The notes under the pieces were generated by a model, which was given only the letters and a program-made list of their open reading frames with translations, searched no databases and was not told the origin of the DNA. The position numbers and the translations under genes are program-made. Shown here one piece after another: positions 54,520-61,757 of a stretch of DNA of 64,000 nucleotides (the stretch's first letter is position 1; each line of letters starts with the position of its first letter). The stretch is from IMG/VR virus record IMGVR_UViG_3300037311_000293; one strand, written 5' to 3'. The DNA comes from a virus.

Positions 54520-55140
54520 ATGACGCAGACCACCGCCGCGAAGAAGACCGAGAAGAACAACGAGCAGCTCGACGCCGTCGTCGAGGCCGTCGAGAGCCGC
54601 ATCGCCTCCTCGGAGGCGAAGGTGGCCGCCCACGTGGCGTCCGAGATGGAGGCCACGAAGAGTCAGATCAAGTTCCTGGCCCGCGGGCTCCAGCAGATCA
54701 TCGACGGTGGGCCCGCGCCCACCGCCGGCCTGGTCATCCCGGCCTCGTCGCCGCGGCCGATCGAGGAGGGCCTCCTGGGCCTGCGCAAGCGGCCCGCCCC
54801 GGTGAAGGTGACGCTCACCGAGATGGAGGCGCTCGCTCGCGTGCCCAGCATCGCGGCGCACATGATGACCGGGGCCAGCGAGGACCCGGCGACGCAGGAG
54901 GTGCTCGACACCGCTGCCGCCGGCCTGCTGTCCGCCGCCGTCAAGGCCGCGTACGACGGCGGCCTCATCGAGGCGCCGAAGAAGCCGATGAGCACGGCCA
55001 TGAAGGTCGGGCTCGCGGTCGGTGGGGTCGCGGTCGTCGGCGGCCTCGGCTACCTCGGCTACCGCGCCTACAAGGCGGCGGAGGCCACGGAAGCCGAGGA
55101 CGAGCTGGTGGAGGCGGTGGACGCCGAGATCATCGTCTGA
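54520..55140 (+). CDS. C-terminally anchored membrane protein
   Basis: Very high GC3; GLAVGGVAVVGGLGYLGY transmembrane segment followed by an acidic tail. Confidence 0.75.
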   Translation: MTQTTAAKKTEKNNEQLDAVVEAVESRIASSEAKVAAHVASEMEATKSQIKFLARGLQQIIDGGPAPTAGLVIPASSPRPIEEGLLGLRKRPAPVKVTLTEMEALARVPSIAAHMMTGASEDPATQEVLDTAAAGLLSAAVKAAYDGGLIEAPKKPMSTAMKVGLAVGGVAVVGGLGYLGYRAYKAAEATEAEDELVEAVDAEIIV

Positions 55141-55154
55141 CCCCGACCAGGGGT

Positions 55155-55206
55155 AAAACAAAAGAATGGGGGACGGGCCGTAGGGCCTAGTCTCCCGCTC
55201 TTTTGC
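55155..55206. terminator. bidirectional terminator
   Basis: Hairpin flanked by A- and T-tracts between convergent genes. Confidence 0.6.
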
Positions 55207-57114
55207 TTACATCGCGTAGTCCTGCGAAATCTTTGCTTCGATCTCTTCCATCGCGAAGTCTTCACTCCGACTTCGAGCCGCGTCATCCGTACTGTGCTCC
55301 TGAATCGGCGCGATGATGTCAGGCCGCCGGTGCTGCAAGAAGCTCGCGAGCATACAGTAGATGATCGAATGGAAGGTGTCGTCCGGAATACCCCGTGGTT
55401 TGTCGTATTTGATCATCTTCATCGAATCCGAGTACTCGGAATGGATCGACAAGATGTCATCGGCAAACGGGGTCTTGTAGACGTCCCAGTCGGGTAGGCG
55501 GATCTTCTTGGTCTTCAGTGCCATGAAGATGTCCGCCATGATGGGGGTGCGGAACACGATGTAGCGGTTGAGCGCGCTCTTGTACGTCACCTTCCGAGGG
55601 GATCGTGCCGCGTACTGGAACTGGTGGATACGCTTCGGGCCGAACACCGAGGTCAGCTTCTTGTTGGGGTGGAAGCCCATACCGTAGTCGACGCCAACGA
55701 ACTTCAAGCGGAACTTCCGGATGAGCCGCATGATCTCTTCCATCTGCGGATCAGGATCTACAAGCTGACCATCGAAGCGCTTGGAATACAAGATCTGAAA
55801 GCTCGAGTCGTTTCGTACGTAACCGCCGACCGTGAGCACGGTGTAGGCGTGCTCACCAGTACCCCAGTCGATGCCGCCAAAGAGCTCGTGGCTCTGCGCC
55901 AACGTAGCCACGGCATCTTCGTCCATGGTGTAGGTACTGGTCTCGTCGCAGGACATGACGAGTTCGGCGCGAGTGATCGGTTTGGTGCCGGCGTCGAAGC
56001 TCAGCGCCATGACCTCGTTCATGAACTGCGCCGTGGGGTAGTTCTCCATGGCGTGGATGATCGAGCGCCACTTCGAATACGGATCTGGAGAGTCCATGTC
56101 GGGCTTCCAGAACCACGGCACCATGAGGCGGCAGATCCTATACCCCTCGAACTCTGCCCCTGGATTCATCTCAACCCAACGCGCCGCCGGATGCTCGGGG
56201 TTGATGGGGTGACCACAGCGGTCGCAGATCGGTCCTTTCTTGCCGATGTTCTTCGGACCCAACACGTTCCAGTGCCAGGTACCCGGCTGGTTCGGCGTAC
56301 CGTGCCTGTCGCAGGGGATGCACCACTCGGCTTGGGTCGACTGCTTTGACCAAATGCTCTCGATCGTGTTGTCGAAGGTCTTCGGGGTCCCGCTGTACAT
56401 GTAGAGCGGGTTCTTGAAGTGCGACGCCGTCTCCGCGATGACGGGCATGACGTCCTGCAAAAGATCCTGAACCTCATCGGCGAACACTGCGTTGTTCGAC
56501 AAGCCGCGAATACGGTCAGCGCTCAAGAAGGCATAGCGAAGGTAGATCTTCGACCGATTCAGGAACTCCTTCTCCAACAGGTTGTAAGTGAGGCTCTTGT
56601 GCGTAAGGGCCTTCACCATCGGCGACAGATCAATGATGTCGTCGATACGCGCAGTCGAAAACACCTTCGTCTGCATAGCGGACGGCGTGACGAACAACGC
56701 CGTGTACATCGGATTCATGCCGACCAAGCTCAGCAGCCGGTTGCCGATCGTCGTCGACTTCTCGGTCTGACGACTCGTCATGAACAAGATCTTGCGCGCC
56801 TGTGTGTCGTAGACCCGGCGAAGATACTCGCGCTCCGAGAACTCGATGGGCTTGACTGCACCACGATCTCCGTCTTTGATACGGACGAAATGCTCAACCC
56901 ATTGCGAGCTCTTGAGCTTGATCTTGGTTGTACGACGCCGAACCTTCTTCTTCGTGAACGGATCGTCGACCCGAGTGTTCGGCTCTCGACTGGCGTAAGC
57001 AGAGGGATCGATGTCTGAATCCGAAAAGATGGGCCTGCTCGGCATGACTGGCTTCTTCCTCGGCCTTCTAGGTTCTGCGGTCTCGGAGTCCCGTAGCGGC
57101 AGCGACGGTGCCAC
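55207..57114 (-). CDS. terL: terminase large subunit (GpA-type ATPase plus nuclease)
   Basis: TSRQTEKST Walker A, IRG...FADEVQD Walker B, SGTPKT, Zn-binding Cys pairs, GGIDWG; start uncertain. Confidence 0.9.
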   Translation of the reverse strand: MAPSLPLRDSETAEPRRPRKKPVMPSRPIFSDSDIDPSAYASREPNTRVDDPFTKKKVRRRTTKIKLKSSQWVEHFVRIKDGDRGAVKPIEFSEREYLRRVYDTQARKILFMTSRQTEKSTTIGNRLLSLVGMNPMYTALFVTPSAMQTKVFSTARIDDIIDLSPMVKALTHKSLTYNLLEKEFLNRSKIYLRYAFLSADRIRGLSNNAVFADEVQDLLQDVMPVIAETASHFKNPLYMYSGTPKTFDNTIESIWSKQSTQAEWCIPCDRHGTPNQPGTWHWNVLGPKNIGKKGPICDRCGHPINPEHPAARWVEMNPGAEFEGYRICRLMVPWFWKPDMDSPDPYSKWRSIIHAMENYPTAQFMNEVMALSFDAGTKPITRAELVMSCDETSTYTMDEDAVATLAQSHELFGGIDWGTGEHAYTVLTVGGYVRNDSSFQILYSKRFDGQLVDPDPQMEEIMRLIRKFRLKFVGVDYGMGFHPNKKLTSVFGPKRIHQFQYAARSPRKVTYKSALNRYIVFRTPIMADIFMALKTKKIRLPDWDVYKTPFADDILSIHSEYSDSMKMIKYDKPRGIPDDTFHSIIYCMLASFLQHRRPDIIAPIQEHSTDDAARSRSEDFAMEEIEAKISQDYAM

Positions 57115-57239
57115 ATGGTTCCGTTTCGGGATGGAACCGCTACCGCAGCTACGGGACTCAGCGAAGAAGTTCTTGAAAGCCTACAACGCAGAGCACGGCA
57201 CGAAGTTCACCGTCTCCTTTGCGCCGTACCGCATGGTAC

Positions 57240-57614
57240 TCAGAGAGGGGCGTCGATCACCGAAAAAAAGCGCTCGACGATCGGCCAAGGGTCAGGGGAC
57301 GCCCCGAGATTCTTGACGATGATGCAGAAGCTGTTGAGCTCTTCGGTGAACACGGCCTTGAGATTCTCGAGGCGAAAGCACTGAGGCATCGCCTTCTCCA
57401 AGCGCTCGGGCATCTTGAACGAAGGGTCCCAGGAGCCGTTGCTGTCCTTCGTCCGGTCCGGTGGGAAGAACTGGAACACCATCGCGCCGTCGTCGTACCG
57501 GACGCCGTACTCGGCGACGTAGTACGTTGTGACGCGTGCCAGGCGATTCGGAAGGGCTTCGCGCAGAGAGCTGCCTTCGACGGGCGCTCCTGCGAACTCG
57601 TTGATGTCAGTCAT
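57240..57614 (-). CDS. hypothetical protein
   Basis: ATGA-coupled, upstream of terL. Confidence 0.7.
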   Translation of the reverse strand: MTDINEFAGAPVEGSSLREALPNRLARVTTYYVAEYGVRYDDGAMVFQFFPPDRTKDSNGSWDPSFKMPERLEKAMPQCFRLENLKAVFTEELNSFCIIVKNLGASPDPWPIVERFFSVIDAPL

Positions 57615-58582
57615 GCGATCTCCTCGTCAGGTTCCTTGTCAGCAGGAACTTCAGCGTAATCGGTTGCTGGAAGATCCACCACATTACCCGGCCTAAGTGC
57701 CGGGAGGTCTTTGACCGTGTCGATCTTTGTGGCGTCGTACGTCGTCTCGATACGACGGAACTCGTCGATCAGCTCAGACGTACTGCCACGATGGCGCGTG
57801 AGCTCCTCATCGGCGCCGCGAACCATCTGAAAAGCCATGAAGGCTGCTTGTGTCCTCTGCAAGGACGGTCGCGTACTAAGCAACGCGTGCCCCATGAACA
57901 TGTTGAAGCCTTGATCTCGAATGGCGGTGTACATCGCCACCGAGCTCAACGAGTCGGCACTACGGTCTGTAAGGGCAAGAACCAATGCCGCCCCAGCCGC
58001 AGAGCGCGGGGCATTGAGCGCCGCGAGGTAGTCAGAGTTGAGCTCAGCCGTTTCCTTGGGATCTTCGCCGTCGGCTCCGAGCCAGGACACCGCGATGCGT
58101 CGCCACTCCGGGATCGAGAGCGCCCCGGGATCCCAGTAGTAATGGGCAAAGGCGCGGACAACGCGGACGTTCATCGAGCGCTCTGGAAGACCGAAGCGTC
58201 CAGCGATTCGCGTCGCAATGGCCGCAGGGGTCAGCGGTCCCAACAGAAGGGCTTGAAGCACGCGACGAATCATGGGCTCGAACAGAAGGTCGGTCGCAGC
58301 CCCCACGAACGGGTCGTTGGTCCACATGCCGTGGATGCCCATGCGCTCCAGGAACATCGAAGTCGCCTTCTCCATCGGCTTCTTCAACGGATCGAACTCC
58401 GGAGGCAGGAGTAGCTTGCGACGATAGCGGATGAGTTCTTCCGTGAACTTGATGAGCTCCTTCTCTTTTCGAGGCAGAGGCAAAGACAGATCATCGAGAT
58501 GCTCGATGATCTGTGCAGTGCTGTAGGCCCTCTTCGTGAGGAGGTAGTTGATGTAATGCCTACTGGGGTGCCGAAGCATCAC
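57611..58582 (-). CDS. hypothetical protein (terminase small subunit candidate by position only)
   Basis: Helical 323 aa; IATRIAGRFG helix-turn segment; position near terL. Confidence 0.55.
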   Translation of the reverse strand: MMLRHPSRHYINYLLTKRAYSTAQIIEHLDDLSLPLPRKEKELIKFTEELIRYRRKLLLPPEFDPLKKPMEKATSMFLERMGIHGMWTNDPFVGAATDLLFEPMIRRVLQALLLGPLTPAAIATRIAGRFGLPERSMNVRVVRAFAHYYWDPGALSIPEWRRIAVSWLGADGEDPKETAELNSDYLAALNAPRSAAGAALVLALTDRSADSLSSVAMYTAIRDQGFNMFMGHALLSTRPSLQRTQAAFMAFQMVRGADEELTRHRGSTSELIDEFRRIETTYDATKIDTVKDLPALRPGNVVDLPATDYAEVPADKEPDEEIA

Positions 58583-60603
58583 GTCCCCGAGAGATCGCGA
58601 AGCGAGAGCGCCTTGAGCCCCTGGATGACGTCGTCGAGTCCTCGAGCCGCGCGCGCCGCCGCGGCTTCCGGTACCTCACTGAGGCCCACACGAGAACCGA
58701 GAACGAGCTCGCACAGCATGGAAAGGCACTTCTCGAAGTACGGGATCCGGCTGATGTAGAGATGAACGTTCTCGGAGTTGATCAGCCCGAGGCTGAGGAC
58801 TGCGTCCACCGTCATCGACGACGGCATCGCCGCGGCTTCCTTCACGAGCTCTCGACGCAGACTCATGACCGCGGCGCTGTTCTCTGCTGCGATCTTCCGG
58901 GTACCGCTCGCGATGTCCCGGGCGAGCTTGACGTCGTTGAACCCCGTCACCGCTACGGGGTTGTCCATGGAAGCCGCGGCGATCTTGTTGGCGTGTGCTG
59001 CGTCGGCTCCGGCGAGGCAGAGGACGAACACCGCATCGTCGTAGCTCAGCGACTTCGACGTCACCGAGGCCAGCTTCGGAAGCCCGCGGAGCTCGAGCTG
59101 GAACGTTTCGCCATCCCATCCACCCAGGCGAATCGAGGCCCGACTCACCTCGGCCGCCGTCTTCGTAGCGGCTTCCGGTTCCTCGACCAAAGCAACGAGA
59201 CTTTCGTTCTCGAGCGGCAAGAACTTCGCCGATGCCGGGAGAAGGAACTCACCCTTCAGCACCTGCATGACCTTGAGGCCCGGAACCATGCGGACGCGGG
59301 TGTGCTCTCCGGTCAGCGAACGGCACAACCAGGAATCACCACCACCGAGCTCGGCCTCACCTCCCTGCACCAGAAGCGGCACAGTGGCTTCCACGCCGCC
59401 CTGGCCTGCCATGTAGAAGCACCCGGTGCCCTTGGGAGGCGCCGAAGGCAGGTCGACACCCTCGGCGACCCGGGCACCCGCAATCTGGCCCTGTACGACC
59501 GCTGCGGCGCCGTTGGTGAACACCGCCATGGGTACGCGGGAGCCATCGAGATCGACGAGGTTGGGAAGTACCCAGCCCGTCATCTCCTTGCCATGAACGG
59601 TCTTGACCTTGTAGATGCCTGGGGTATCGACGCGTACCCACTTCGAGCTGTCGGTGTCGATCTTCATCGCACCACCGGCAACGGTCACGGTACCTTCGGT
59701 GTCGACACGACGCGTCACGTCGTCACCAGCGAACTTGAGGAAGCGAGCTCGCGACATCAGAACAGGAGCCGTGTCGTGCAGCGCTGAGCGCGACGCCGCC
59801 TTGACCCAGTAGGATCCATCGGCGTAGCCGCACTGGACGACGTCTGCGGAGGCCGCAGACAGCGCGGTGTTGAAGACCTCATCGCTTCGGTGCGTCGCAG
59901 TCTTCTCGGCAGCGGAGAGCAGCAGCAACGCGTGAGTCATCACGGGATTGACGCCCTCGAGGATTGCCGGCTCCTTCTCCGCGATCTTGGCGAGGCCCGT
60001 GAGGTCGGGTCGCAGGAGCGTCGGAGCCACTGCCGAGAGCATGGGGTAGTCCGCAGCACTGAGCTTCATGCCGGGACCCTGGATCATCGTAACAGCGCCC
60101 TGGGTTCCACCGCCCATGCCCTGCGAGATGCCGGCACCGAAGTCATTGTCACTCCGCCCCGGCGGATAGAACATGTTGTAGAGGTTCGTGTCGCCCCAGT
60201 CGTCGGTGATCATCTCGAACGTCTCAGGGCGGAACAACGCCTCACGAAGACGCACGGCGTTAAGCGGGGCCATTTTGCCCGAGCGAGTCATCAGGATGTC
60301 GAGCGGGGACAACTCGTGGTTCTTGATGACGATGGGGATCACGACACGGCGGGCGTTGGCTCCAGGACGAGCCACCGACAAGGCGCTATCGGTCGAGTTC
60401 TCGACGATGATGACGCCGTAGCCGTACCCCTGTTCTTCGTCGACCTTCATCATCGCGACGCGGGGTGTGTAGTCCGATGCCTCCGGCAGCGTACGGAACA
60501 GCTCGACGAGAATCTGGCGCGGCCAGGCCTCGGGGTCCTCATCGAGGGTGACGGCTGCCGTCTTCTCGAACTTCAGGGAAGGCTTCTGGAGGAAAAGATC
60601 CAT
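58579..60603 (-). CDS. large head-module protein of unknown function
   Basis: About 674 aa, at least 10 K-x-A/S motifs, start MDLFLQK. Confidence 0.7.
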   Translation of the reverse strand: MDLFLQKPSLKFEKTAAVTLDEDPEAWPRQILVELFRTLPEASDYTPRVAMMKVDEEQGYGYGVIIVENSTDSALSVARPGANARRVVIPIVIKNHELSPLDILMTRSGKMAPLNAVRLREALFRPETFEMITDDWGDTNLYNMFYPPGRSDNDFGAGISQGMGGGTQGAVTMIQGPGMKLSAADYPMLSAVAPTLLRPDLTGLAKIAEKEPAILEGVNPVMTHALLLLSAAEKTATHRSDEVFNTALSAASADVVQCGYADGSYWVKAASRSALHDTAPVLMSRARFLKFAGDDVTRRVDTEGTVTVAGGAMKIDTDSSKWVRVDTPGIYKVKTVHGKEMTGWVLPNLVDLDGSRVPMAVFTNGAAAVVQGQIAGARVAEGVDLPSAPPKGTGCFYMAGQGGVEATVPLLVQGGEAELGGGDSWLCRSLTGEHTRVRMVPGLKVMQVLKGEFLLPASAKFLPLENESLVALVEEPEAATKTAAEVSRASIRLGGWDGETFQLELRGLPKLASVTSKSLSYDDAVFVLCLAGADAAHANKIAAASMDNPVAVTGFNDVKLARDIASGTRKIAAENSAAVMSLRRELVKEAAAMPSSMTVDAVLSLGLINSENVHLYISRIPYFEKCLSMLCELVLGSRVGLSEVPEAAAARAARGLDDVIQGLKALSLRDLSGT

Positions 60604-60614
60604 GTTGATCACCT

Positions 60615-61757
60615 TTACTCGAGTAGAACTTTCTGAGACAGGATTCGCTGTAGAGCCTGGATCCACGCCGGTGAGGGAGAGGCTACCATAGCACCCCCGA
60701 CTACGGTCACTGGCCATACGGCTGACGACAGCAGTTGCACGAGCTCGCGTCCCTTGACGGCTGGGTTCGACGCCGACTCGCTGGCCAGCTTGACCTGAGA
60801 GCCGCCGATTACGTGTACACGAGAGGCGATCTGTTTGATTCCACGATCAGATCGAAGCTCTACGTTACCTTTCACCCTTACGGTCTGATCCCCGTCGACA
60901 TCGAGCACGTCGTTACCGGTGACGGTAACGGTACGATCAGCGCCGATGACCTCGGTCTTTGTACCATCGGTAGTGATGATCAGAGAATAGACTTCGTTCT
61001 CGACCTCGCCGGTATCGCGGTCAATGCCCTTGGGGGCGATGTGTACTTGCCAAGCCGTCTTGGTACCTCCGGGCGCGGCAAGTGGGAAATGACTGACGCG
61101 GACAGAAGCCTTCGCGTCTTGAGCGAACTCGTTGACGTGGAACACGTAGGACGCCGGAGCGTCGCCGCTGGGATCGTCCTCCTGACGCGCCACGGTCCAG
61201 GAGACATCTCCGCCGAAAGTCGAGAGCTCGTAGTTCTCTGCGAAGTCCTTGATGTAGTTCAAGACCGGAATGTAGATCCGTTGCGACAACGGAGTGCTTC
61301 CGATCTGAAGAACACCACCGCGCTTGAGGATGAGGAAGTTCTCGTCTCGAGTCGTGATGGCGATGTCGCCCGGGTTCAACTGCGGGCGCCGAGAACGAAA
61401 GCTCACGTCCGTAGCAGAGCCCTCCGCGGCAGCCGTAGAGCGTTCCGGACCTTCTTCTTCGTTCAGCGTCTGCAACGTCGACGCAGCGCCGAGATACCCC
61501 ATGATGAACGGCGGAGTGTTGTCGCTGGGGAAAGCGATCAAACAGATCGCACCGACCTCGGGGAGATGGTGAATGCCCTCGCCGCTGGAGAAGTGATGGT
61601 AAGGCGACATCACTTGGATGTCTTCGACCGTCTTGCCGCTGTGTCTCGTATCCACGCGCACCGTGAAGGTCTTACGGTTCACGTCCGTGATCACGCCTTC
61701 TTCGCAGCGGAAGTAGGAGTAGCGGTTGTGCGACGGTGCGCCTTCTGTACGTGCCAT
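60615..61757 (-). CDS. baseplate spike/hub (Gp5/VgrG-like OB fold plus beta-helix)
   Basis: GVITDVN...LPEVGAICLIAF...PFIMGY; TVTGNDVLDVDGDQTVRVKGN repeats. Confidence 0.8.
   Translation of the reverse strand: MARTEGAPSHNRYSYFRCEEGVITDVNRKTFTVRVDTRHSGKTVEDIQVMSPYHHFSSGEGIHHLPEVGAICLIAFPSDNTPPFIMGYLGAASTLQTLNEEEGPERSTAAAEGSATDVSFRSRRPQLNPGDIAITTRDENFLILKRGGVLQIGSTPLSQRIYIPVLNYIKDFAENYELSTFGGDVSWTVARQEDDPSGDAPASYVFHVNEFAQDAKASVRVSHFPLAAPGGTKTAWQVHIAPKGIDRDTGEVENEVYSLIITTDGTKTEVIGADRTVTVTGNDVLDVDGDQTVRVKGNVELRSDRGIKQIASRVHVIGGSQVKLASESASNPAVKGRELVQLLSSAVWPVTVVGGAMVASPSPAWIQALQRILSQKVLLE

Noticed and set aside
57011-57316. Plus-strand ORF with LRDSAKKFLKAYNAEHGTKFTVS, resembling small DNA-binding proteins
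   Set aside because: It overlaps both terL and the upstream minus-strand gene and has no clear RBS. It could be a real small gene from 57131, but I cannot support it.
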